Virus record (IMG/VR): IMGVR_UViG_3300044797_000318
Span: 32,001 to 96,000 of that record
DNA: 64,000 nucleotides
Strand: one strand, 5' to 3'
From: a virus
The notes beneath the pieces are model-generated. The model ran no database searches. It worked only from the letters and a program-made list of their open reading frames with translations, and was not told where the DNA came from. Shown in pieces: positions 29,584 to 36,829 of this stretch (the first letter of the stretch is position 1; each line of letters starts with the position of its first letter). A program made the position numbers and the translations under genes.

Positions 29584-29658
29584 TGGTGGGTTGTATGGGG
29601 GTCGAACCCATGACGTAGGATTTTAGAGATCCCCGCTCTACCACTGAGCTAACAACCC
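29584..29658 (-). tRNA. amber-suppressor tRNA(CTA), tRNA-Lys-like body
   Basis: GGGTTGT TA GCTC AGTGGTA GAGC G GGGAT CT-CTA-AA ATCCT ACGTC ATGGG TTCGACC CCCAT ACAACCC A CCA. Confidence 0.9.
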
Positions 29659-29665
29659 ACTCTTC

Positions 29666-29821
29666 TTATTCTGTTTTATCGGCAGACTCAGGAACAAGAG
29701 GAGTAACGGACTCCATCAATTCCTTCTTTCGTTTTTCCATCATTTCATCCCAGGCTCGGATACCAAAACCAACAACAGTACCACACACTAATGACAATAA
29801 AAATAACTCAAATAACCACAT
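29666..29821 (-). CDS. small membrane protein
   Basis: MWLFELFLLSLVCGTVVGFGI hydrophobic N-terminus; GGAG RBS. Confidence 0.6.
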   Translation of the reverse strand: MWLFELFLLSLVCGTVVGFGIRAWDEMMEKRKKELMESVTPLVPESADKTE

Positions 29822-29833
29822 ATTAATTCTCCA

Positions 29834-30802
29834 TTATGAAAGTTGCATCATTCGATCAATAGAAACACGAGCCCTGTTCATCAAATCTTTCGACATAATG
29901 ATCTGGGGCGACAGATCCCTCAAAGAAAGATATACCTTTTCCAAGGTATTCTTCCTCATAAACGGACACTCATTACAAGCGCAGCTGGCTTCGGGAGGGG
30001 CCGGTATGAAAGTTTTATGCGGAGCTGCTTTCTGCATCTGGTGCAAAATACCCGACTCGGTAGCCACAATAAATTCGTTGAATGGGCTTTCCACAGCAAA
30101 TTTGAGAATGCCCGTAGTGGAAGAGATATGATCCGCCATTTTGAGAATAGGTTCTTCACATTCGGGGTGGGCCAAAATCTTAGCGTTGGGATATCTTGTC
30201 TTCAAGCCAATCAGTTTGCGTTCGCTGAAAGTCTCATGAACAATACAGCTTCCTTGCCACAGGGTCATGGGTCGACCCGTTTTCTTGACCAAGTAATTTC
30301 CTAAGTTCTTATCCGGGGCAAAGAGAATGTTCTTGTCACCCGGAATGGCATTGACAATCTTCTCGGCATTGGAAGAGGTGCAAATGTAATCGGAGAGGGC
30401 CTTGACTTCCGCTGAGCAATTGATGTAGCTAATGACCACCGAATTGGGATGCAGACTTTTCCAAGCGGCAAATTTATCGGCAGGACAACCATCCGCCAAA
30501 GAACAACCAGCTTCCAAATCAGGTAGCACTACTGTTTTTTGTGGGCTGAGGATTTTAGCTGTCTCGGCCATAAAATGGACACCGGCAAAACATATGACAT
30601 CGGCATTGGTCTTGGCAGCTTGTTGAGAAAGTTGCAAGCTATCCCCAATGAAATCGGCCACATCTTGGATTTCGGATTCTTGGTAATAATGGGCTAAGAT
30701 AACGGCATTGCGTTCTTTTTTGAGCTTAGCAATCTCTTTTTCTAAATCGAGAGAAGGATCGATATGTTTATCATTCTTCATCAGCGATAAGTGTGTTGTC
30801 AT
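29834..30802 (-). CDS. nadA: quinolinate synthase
   Basis: [46 protein letters not shown]. Confidence 0.97.
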   Translation of the reverse strand: MTTHLSLMKNDKHIDPSLDLEKEIAKLKKERNAVILAHYYQESEIQDVADFIGDSLQLSQQAAKTNADVICFAGVHFMAETAKILSPQKTVVLPDLEAGCSLADGCPADKFAAWKSLHPNSVVISYINCSAEVKALSDYICTSSNAEKIVNAIPGDKNILFAPDKNLGNYLVKKTGRPMTLWQGSCIVHETFSERKLIGLKTRYPNAKILAHPECEEPILKMADHISSTTGILKFAVESPFNEFIVATESGILHQMQKAAPHKTFIPAPPEASCACNECPFMRKNTLEKVYLSLRDLSPQIIMSKDLMNRARVSIDRMMQLS

Positions 30803-30955
30803 CGTACTTCTCCAAGAATTGCTCTATTGCTGCTTGTAAATCTTCTTCTGATTTATAATATTCTTCATTAGACACATTTGCCCCATCAGACCAACAAGCC
30901 CCCAAATATCCGGCCCGATATGCCTGAATGACAAGTATCGCAAGTTCTTTTTCAT
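30771..30955 (-). pseudogene. small ORF apparently requiring a -1 shift at ATG AAA AAG
   Basis: The -1 frame reads KELAILVIQAYRAGYLGACWSDG...[17 protein letters not shown]; the zero frame from ATG 30955 stops earlier at TAG. Confidence 0.45.
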
Positions 30956-31272
30956 TATTCTTTTTCTTTCAACAACTTTTTGATATCGTTGGACAGGATA
31001 TTATGAGCTGCCGCATCTTCCCAGCGGGCCATTTCCCAAGCAATGCATTGATCCAAGTTCAATCTGATTTCTACTTTGACTTCGGAAAGAACTAAATGCA
31101 GCAGCTTGAACTGCTTCGATTTTTCCAACAGATTGTCATAGGTCAGTCTTTCGTTGAGATATTCTCGGGGCAGCTCTCCGAAGAATGCTACATACTTCTC
31201 CTGCGAGATTTTCCAGGGGTGCTTCTTGCGAACATTATCCGCAATGACGTGTAGGAGTTCGTGCTTATTCAT
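30955..31272 (-). CDS. hypothetical protein
   Basis: ORF in array. Confidence 0.65.
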   Translation of the reverse strand: MNKHELLHVIADNVRKKHPWKISQEKYVAFFGELPREYLNERLTYDNLLEKSKQFKLLHLVLSEVKVEIRLNLDQCIAWEMARWEDAAAHNILSNDIKKLLKEKE

Positions 31273-31275
31273 AAA

Positions 31276-31500
31276 TTACCAGAAAGCCTTATTGCGTTTA
31301 TATCTCTCCGCTTGCTCATTAGTATAATAAACATCATCAATGGCCCAGGTTTGAGAAGGTATATCCAAAATAACATTACAATTATCGCAACCCAACTGTG
31401 AGGCAAATGTAGTAATTTTATCTTCATCATATCGATATGTAATCACAAACATAAGGCCATTACATTTCGGACAATATCTGGGACAATCGGAAATTTTCAT
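31276..31500 (-). CDS. small zinc-ribbon protein, KAFW C-terminal family
   Basis: CPKC...CDNC; ends AERYKRNKAFW. Confidence 0.7.
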   Translation of the reverse strand: MKISDCPRYCPKCNGLMFVITYRYDEDKITTFASQLGCDNCNVILDIPSQTWAIDDVYYTNEQAERYKRNKAFW

Positions 31501-31501
31501 T

Positions 31502-31575
31502 TGGCGCCTCCAGCGAATTCTGACATCGCACGGTCCTTTTTAGAGAAGGATGCTCTTCCTTTGAGCTATGGAGGC
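31502..31575 (-). tRNA. amber-suppressor tRNA(CTA) with non-canonical T-arm
   Basis: GCCTCCA TA GCTC AAAGGAA GAGC A TCCTT CT-CTA-AA AAGGA CCGT GCGAT GTCAGAA TTCGC TGGAGGC G CCA. Confidence 0.85.
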
Positions 31576-31579
31576 ATTA

Positions 31580-31930
31580 TTATTTAATATTTCTGAGTGC
31601 CAATTGCAATTTGCTACACAACTTTTTGGACTTGGGGCCCGGGGACAAAGCAATGGCAGTAATCTGATCCTCTATATCCGGCTCCCTAAAAATAGAGAAA
31701 TGAATATCATTGGCAGCCGCTTGTTCAATTAATTTAGTTAGTTCCTGCTCATCAGCCACTGACAAGAGGCCTAAATAATTAGATTGCTTATACCAATGCT
31801 CGGCATACTCTGGATGCTCGAACACAAATTGGATACCTGCGTGTAGTGATTGGACGGCCTGATAACCCTCTTCCAAGTCTTGGCGAGTAATAACATAAAG
31901 TTTATCGCCTTCTTTGATCTATAAACTCAT
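31580..31930 (-). CDS. PTH2-family peptidyl-tRNA hydrolase with in-frame TAG at codon 4 (31919-31921)
   Basis: GGAG RBS then ATG AGT TTA TAG ATC AAA GAA GGC GAT AAA CTT TAT GTT ATT ACT CGC CAA GAC TTG; motifs KLYVITRQDL, GYQAVQSLHA, FREPDI...TAIALSP. Confidence 0.85.
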
Positions 31931-32511
31931 TTTTTATCTCCAAATAATTTTTGGCAGATCGCTCTGCCTCGTTTGTCGATTTGCTTCCACTTGATCTTGA
32001 AAGAAGTGGATTCCAAACCTCCGAAAAGTTTTGAATTGCTATGCACCTCGGCCAATCCCGCCAACAATAAAGTGACGGCCTCGGGATGTTGAATGAACTC
32101 TTCAATCTCGTCAGCTTTGATAGTATGAATTTTCATATCCCAACGAATGAGGTTGGCTACCGTTTGATTGGTGCTGACTGTTTGCCAAGTCTGATGAGAC
32201 ATCTCGGAATGATTAGGAAAATGTCTGCGGCCCATTTCATCAATGGTCAGACAATAAGGTTTTCCGCAATCGTGAAAAATAGTATATTCCTCGATAATAT
32301 CTTCGGGGAGTAATGCGGCTAATAATTGTTCTCGATACTCCGACATCCAGGTGGGCAATCTCCAACCCTGGCCAATGTGGTTCGTCTTCAAGAAAGAAAT
32401 CAAATCGAAAATGTGCTCCTTGACGGAGAGACCGTGCTGATACACGGATTGGGTGTCCGTTTGAGGGCAGGCTTGCATATCAAGAATTAGTTGGTTCTAT
32501 AAATGGCTCAT
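31927..32511 (-). CDS. HD-domain phosphohydrolase with in-frame TAG at codon 5 (32497-32499)
   Basis: ATG AGC CAT TTA TAG AAC CAA CTA ATT CTT GAT ATG CAA; SVYQHG...FHDCGKP...HFPNHSEMS resembles the HD domain of CCA-adding enzymes. Confidence 0.78.
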
Positions 32512-32518
32512 GACAGTG

Positions 32519-32526
32519 TATATATC
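32519..32526 (-). promoter_or_regulatory. GATATATA promoter-like motif 7 nt upstream of ATG 32511
   Basis: Same motif and spacing occur before ATGs at 6649, 22446, 23119, 27371, 35682, 36830 and 56675. Confidence 0.65.
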
Positions 32527-32553
32527 CTTTTATTGGTTGATTATATTCTCTAC

Positions 32554-33192
32554 TCATTTCTGAGTCCAAGTTTTATAATTTACGATATGACTTATATTTG
32601 ATCTATGTGTATTGAACAGTATTGCTAACTCTGCTTGGTTTGCTTCATCATTTTCATACATAGATCTAATCTTCTCTACATCAGCCCAAGTTAAAACTGA
32701 ATTGGCATGTTTCTCACCTAATTGTTTCCCCTTTTGGGCGGCGCTCATATTTTTACGAATTTTATCGGAAAACTTTTGACCAAAATTTTGGTTTCTTTCA
32801 CCCAAATGACTTTCCCTTAATTTGATTATTGTCTCTGGCTTTCGTTTTAAGCCATAATTTGCACTATTAATTCCTGAACCACTACCAAGCCCACCAACAG
32901 TTTCATTATATCCAAATTTTACATTTTTACTATTATAATAGGTAATCCAATAAGTTTCCGCCAAATAAGCTTCATCTTCATTGGAAAATGATTGGATTAA
33001 ACAAAAATCGAATTTATCAGCGCCATATTTTACTATAGCCGAATGTATAGCGTGAAATACTGTGGGATATTTTTCTTTTCCACCCTTGGCAACTCTTTTG
33101 TGCGTGATCCACCTATTGTGTAGATCATTAGTTTTACCAATGTAAAGTTTCCCATTAACAGTATTGAAAATCATATAAATATGAAATATCAT
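32554..33192 (-). CDS. GIY-YIG homing endonuclease with C-terminal HTH
   Basis: HIYMIFNTVNGKLYIGKT, GYNETVGG, GEKHANSVLT...ELAILFN. Confidence 0.88.
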   Translation of the reverse strand: MIFHIYMIFNTVNGKLYIGKTNDLHNRWITHKRVAKGGKEKYPTVFHAIHSAIVKYGADKFDFCLIQSFSNEDEAYLAETYWITYYNSKNVKFGYNETVGGLGSGSGINSANYGLKRKPETIIKLRESHLGERNQNFGQKFSDKIRKNMSAAQKGKQLGEKHANSVLTWADVEKIRSMYENDEANQAELAILFNTHRSNISHIVNYKTWTQK

Positions 33193-33195
33193 AAT

Positions 33196-33545
33196 TGGTG
33201 GACGGCAGGGGAGTCGAACCCCTGTCCAAAATGCGAAAAATCAAAAGTCGTTACAGGTTTGGTTGATTAATGTAACCAACAACATTTGTAAATATCGCTT
33301 TACTAGCTATCTACTGTTTATTTAGTCGCTAATTCCGTAGCCAAATTAGAAACGAGCTTTTGTGGGTTTATGCCTCTACCAACTACCAAAACAATCTTAT
33401 TGGAGAGACACCAATTAGGCTGCTAGAGCCATTGGGGCTGCGTTATCGTTTGCAGTTACGTTTGATTGTTTTTTTTATAGGGATACAATCATCCCTAACC
33501 TGCGTTTTAATCTTTCTTACACCTTGTCGAAACCGGGAGCCGCCC
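33196..33545 (-). ncRNA. ssrA: tmRNA, tag peptide (A)ANDNAAPMALAA
   Basis: 5' GGGCGGC pairs with 3' GCCGTCC-ACCA giving G3:U70; T-arm CAGGGGTTCGACTCCCCTG; resume codon GCA at 33453, TAA at 33415. Confidence 0.95.
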
Positions 33546-33585
33546 ATAAACTAAAACATCCAACTACATGGGAAGTAATCGGATA

Positions 33586-33659
33586 TGGAGCTAATGATGA
33601 GAATCGAACTCAGGTGACTGCGTTACGAATGCAGCGTAATACCACTATACGACATTAGC
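33586..33659 (-). tRNA. tRNA-Thr(CGT)
   Basis: GCTAATG/CATTAGC acceptor, loop TT-CGT-AA, TTCGATT, CCA. Confidence 0.85.
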
Positions 33660-33662
33660 CTA

Positions 33663-33875
33663 TTATTTTAGGCAATTTGTAGGATAACCCTTACAGTTTT
33701 TGATTATACTAATTGCCTCTAATCCTGCCCTTGGATTATCCCAAATCAATTTATCTACACTGTTATAAATGTTAATTCGCGCCTCTTCCCAAGAAGATGC
33801 ATAAGCTCTCATGTTCAAGGTACAAGGATTACCAACTTTATCTGTAAAATTATAAGAAAATTCATATAAATGCAT
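33663..33875 (-). CDS. hypothetical protein between tRNAs
   Basis: ATG 33875 immediately after the tRNA CCA. Confidence 0.55.
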   Translation of the reverse strand: MHLYEFSYNFTDKVGNPCTLNMRAYASSWEEARINIYNSVDKLIWDNPRAGLEAISIIKNCKGYPTNCLK

Positions 33876-33950
33876 TGGAGCTTTTTTCGGGAATCGAACC
33901 CGAGTCATTGTCGTACCAGGACAATATAATAACCATTATACTAAAAAAGC
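33876..33950 (-). tRNA. tRNA-Thr(GGT)
   Basis: GCTTTTT/AAAAAGC acceptor, TTGTC CT-GGT-AC GACAA, TTCGATT, CCA. Confidence 0.88.
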
Positions 33951-33951
33951 G

Positions 33952-34018
33952 TGGTAGCGGTCTCTCCCGCTTTGTCACGCCAATCTTGACGTTTAGCTAG
34001 TCTATTTCACCTAGTGAA
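33952..34018 (-). ncRNA. candidate small structured RNA ending in CCA
   Basis: hairpins ACGTCA-AGAT-TGGCGT and AGCGG-GAGAGA-CCGCT followed by ACCA; fills the gap between two tRNAs. Confidence 0.5.
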
Positions 34019-34093
34019 TGGAGCCCGCAGTTGGACTTGCACCAACAATCTTCTGTTTACAAGGCAGAGGCATTGCTCTTATGCTATACGGGC
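34019..34093 (-). tRNA. tRNA-Thr(TGT)
   Basis: GCCCGTA/TGCGGGC acceptor, loop CT-TGT-AA, T-loop TGCAAGT, CCA. Confidence 0.85.
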
Positions 34094-34129
34094 ACGGAGA
34101 CAGGGCTGAAAATGAACCCTATCACATAC

Positions 34130-34157
34130 AATATAACCCTTTATTAGTAGGTGTCAA
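34130..34157 (-). promoter_or_regulatory. sigma70-like promoter for tRNA/tmRNA cluster
   Basis: TTGACA-N16-TATATT. Confidence 0.6.
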
Positions 34158-34170
34158 GGGGCACTAATTT

Positions 34171-34895
34171 TTATTTTTCGGGCGTATGGTTAGCGGCAAC
34201 TGCCCTACAAAACTCAAATACTTGTTCATCTGTAAAATTATTTCTTGCATAATTAGCCATCAAACTAACAAATCTCACATTGCCCTGCATATATCCTATT
34301 GCATTATCAATTCGATCTAAACTAGCATTACGAGGATCAGTTGAGTCGAAACATACGTGGGCATTTTTAGGGAGTATTAATTGCCATCCAGTGATTGGGC
34401 ATATTCCTAATTGAGTCTCCCATATTTTTTTTAGATAAACGGGTGTAATATTCGGAATCTCTTTTCTATTTTTCTCTAAATCTCTTCGTTTTACTTGTTG
34501 CACAAATAATTTAAAAGAAGAGTATTCATCTTTTCTATTATCTGGCACTAAATTTTTACTATTATCTCTTGGATAATCTTTATTATTCTGAATACTGGCG
34601 CAAGAAAGATTACAAAAGAATTTTGTTTGACCTTTCTTTACAAGCCAATTATAATCTTTTGTTGATTTCTGAAAAAGAGATTTACAATAATCACAAATAA
34701 GATTTACCTTAGAATAATTGTTATTTTTACCTTTATTATTTTCATAATAAATTTTATCATAATTATGCTTAATTCCATACTGTTTGCGATATTCTTTATT
34801 ACAAGCCTTACACCAGCCACCTTTTATTTTAAATTGCGATGGAGAATATTCTAATTCTTCTTTTCAGATTTACATCTAGAACAATATTTTTTCAT
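34171..34895 (-). pseudogene. putative endonuclease with -1 frame break near 34861
   Basis: ATG 34895 MKKYCSRCKSE-AAG AAG AAT TAG; the -1 frame reads EELEYSPSQFKIKGGWCKAC... open through CPITG...SLDRIDNAIGYMQGNVRF to 34171. Confidence 0.75.
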
Positions 34896-35682
34896 CACTC
34901 AAACCATCTTGTCGAAAAATATCTACCCCACCATTTTTTAAAATATTGCTCAAAAAACTTGTATCCTTGGTAAAGATAGGTAAATCTGTATTGAGATGCC
35001 ATTTGTTCTTCATCACGCCATCTACTACTTTGGGGACTTTATAACAAGCTGTGCCGCGCCTAAAAGAAGAAGGGTAGTCTGCATATTTGATATTACATTC
35101 TTGATCCAATAAATCAATTTTCTCATCTACATTCAATCCAGTCAGCATCTCTTTGATATTATTCTTATCATACTTATTGAGTAAGTTATAGAGACAAGCT
35201 GATTGAATAGAAGTATGAAAGTTTTGTTGTTGCTTATAGATAAAAGTATTGGTGGCCTCCCCTAAGGAAGGGACTACAAAAACTTGTGAAGTAAAAACAG
35301 GAGCTCCTGCTAAATTGAGCCCCATAGCAGTAGCACACTCATTGAAGTGCATAGAGGCAATGGCCGAGGTAATGGAACAAATCTTTTGCAATTTGTTATC
35401 ATACCAAGGGGCAGTATCATTGCTTTGATCATTGCGGGTGACAATGACAATCTCATCATTGTGTTGATAAGCAAACATAGCGCCTTCAATGTCCGCGCAC
35501 AAACGCAGCATCGTAGAAAGCAGGCACTCGGCAAATTTGTGGCAGTATGGCTTGTCCAGGAGCTGCGTTACTTTGGCAAAAGCTCGCCCATTGATGCAGA
35601 TGATAATCGGCACTCGCGCCAGCAGTTTGTAATCAGTATTGTTCTGATAGGAATTGATCCTGTCAGCTAATTTATTTCCCAT
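34876..35682 (-). CDS. Thg1-like (tRNA-His guanylyltransferase family) protein
   Basis: PIIICINGRAFAKVT, YQHNDEI, WYDNKLQKICSITSAIAS, RRGT. Confidence 0.85.
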   Translation of the reverse strand: MGNKLADRINSYQNNTDYKLLARVPIIICINGRAFAKVTQLLDKPYCHKFAECLLSTMLRLCADIEGAMFAYQHNDEIVIVTRNDQSNDTAPWYDNKLQKICSITSAIASMHFNECATAMGLNLAGAPVFTSQVFVVPSLGEATNTFIYKQQQNFHTSIQSACLYNLLNKYDKNNIKEMLTGLNVDEKIDLLDQECNIKYADYPSSFRRGTACYKVPKVVDGVMKNKWHLNTDLPIFTKDTSFLSNILKNGGVDIFRQDGLSDEKILF

Positions 35683-35711
35683 AATGATGAATATAACTTC
35701 TATATATTGTA

Positions 35712-35990
35712 TTAGATATCACATGGCTTGCGCAGCATTTCTACGGGAACCACAGATTGTGGTTCAATTTGCTGACGGAGCTTAGCAGCTTCTATGGCAA
35801 GCTTTTGCAAGGCAGCTTTACCTTCCGGGCTGCCCAACCAAATCTTCAATTTCATAATTTTATTTTCCTTAGTCATCGACCCTTGATCTCCAACCATCCC
35901 ATTCGTGTTTTCGACGATAAGCTCGTCGGGCTTCTTGTTGTCTTTCATATTCATTTTCCATTTCACAAAAATATTTATAGGACTGGGCAT
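35712..35990 (-). CDS. hypothetical protein
   Basis: ORF; start uncertain. Confidence 0.5.
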   Translation of the reverse strand: MPSPINIFVKWKMNMKDNKKPDELIVENTNGMVGDQGSMTKENKIMKLKIWLGSPEGKAALQKLAIEAAKLRQQIEPQSVVPVEMLRKPCDI

Positions 35991-36171
35991 CCATAGTCAT
36001 TTCGGTCATTTCGGTTATCTCGCCCGTCTCACCATCCAATACTTGAAAAATTACCATATCTTCTTCAAGGAAATCGAGCGCCTCTTGATCTTGTCGATAA
36101 TTTTCTTCTATTCCTGATTTCAGGCGATCTTGTTCTTCTTGCTCGGCTTTTTCTCCGTCTTCAATATTCAT
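35869..36171 (-). CDS. hypothetical acidic protein
   Basis: AGGAG RBS. Confidence 0.6.
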   Translation of the reverse strand: MNIEDGEKAEQEEQDRLKSGIEENYRQDQEALDFLEEDMVIFQVLDGETGEITEMTEMTMDAQSYKYFCEMENEYERQQEARRAYRRKHEWDGWRSRVDD

Positions 36172-36181
36172 AAATCACTCC

Positions 36182-36370
36182 TTACCAAAACGCTTTTAGT
36201 TTGAGATATCTCTCAAACTCTTCTTGTGAATATTTTTTGCCATAGTGGAACCAATGAGAAGGGCCGGTGATAGGAATTACAAACCACAAATAACCAGGGC
36301 ATTTTTCACAAAGATGCCAACTACTATTGTTGAAAGTCCTCATTTCATCTTTACACAACAGGCATTGCAT
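36182..36370 (-). CDS. small zinc-ribbon protein, KAFW C-terminal family
   Basis: CLLC...CEKC; ends EFERYLKLKAFW. Confidence 0.7.
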   Translation of the reverse strand: MQCLLCKDEMRTFNNSSWHLCEKCPGYLWFVIPITGPSHWFHYGKKYSQEEFERYLKLKAFW

Positions 36371-36785
36371 TTTTAGCTAACTCTTGTTGTAATGCCTTTT
36401 TTCTTCTATAATCGGCAATAGCTGATTTAATCGTTTCCTCAGCAAGCAAACTACAATGTGCCTTAATTGGCGGGAGTTCTAGTGCCTCATAAATCTCTAC
36501 ATTTTTAATATTTTCCGCTTCTTCAAGTAGTTTCCCTTTAATTAATTCAGTAGTAAGTGACATAGATGCAATAAGACTTCCGCAACCAAATCCCTTAAAT
36601 ACCGCCTCCTCTATGATACCAGTTTCTGGATTTACTCTAATAGAGAGTTTAGAGACATCTCCGCAGGCCGGAGCACCTTCTAAACCAATACCTACATTTG
36701 GATCGTTCTTATCTAATGATCCTACATTACGGGGGTTCTCTGTGTGATCTAAAACGGCATCTGAATACGGCATGTTTTTATCCAA
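36351..36785 (-). CDS. iscU: Fe-S cluster scaffold IscU
   Basis: YSDAVLDHTENPRNVG, GAPACGD, FGCGS, LPPIKAHCSLLAE. Confidence 0.95.
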   Translation of the reverse strand: MDKNMPYSDAVLDHTENPRNVGSLDKNDPNVGIGLEGAPACGDVSKLSIRVNPETGIIEEAVFKGFGCGSLIASMSLTTELIKGKLLEEAENIKNVEIYEALELPPIKAHCSLLAEETIKSAIADYRRKKALQQELAKNAMPVV

Positions 36786-36829
36786 TCTTTACATTATACC
36801 AAAATATACGCCAGGTTATATAACTTGCC

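Noticed and set aside
31502-31575. tRNA-Pyl identity (CUA anticodon, G73, odd T-loop)
   Set aside because: It has a 2-nt acceptor-D linker, a 7-nt D-loop with GG, a 5-bp anticodon stem and a 4-nt variable loop, unlike tRNA-Pyl. No pyl genes are in the window.
31502-31575. Reading this tRNA as tRNA-Arg(TCT)
   Set aside because: The perfect TCCTT/AAGGA stem centres CTA in a 7-nt loop; shifting to TCT breaks the stem.
31902-32105. 67-aa minus-strand ORF overlapping the HD/PTH2 junction
   Set aside because: It is an alternative frame inside the HD gene with no motif, and it does not supply the PTH2 N-terminus.
33360-33554. 64-aa plus-strand ORF
   Set aside because: It is antisense to the tmRNA.
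33876-33908. Annotated start of the 81-aa ORF
   Set aside because: It lies inside tRNA-Thr(GGT); ATG 33875 is preferred.
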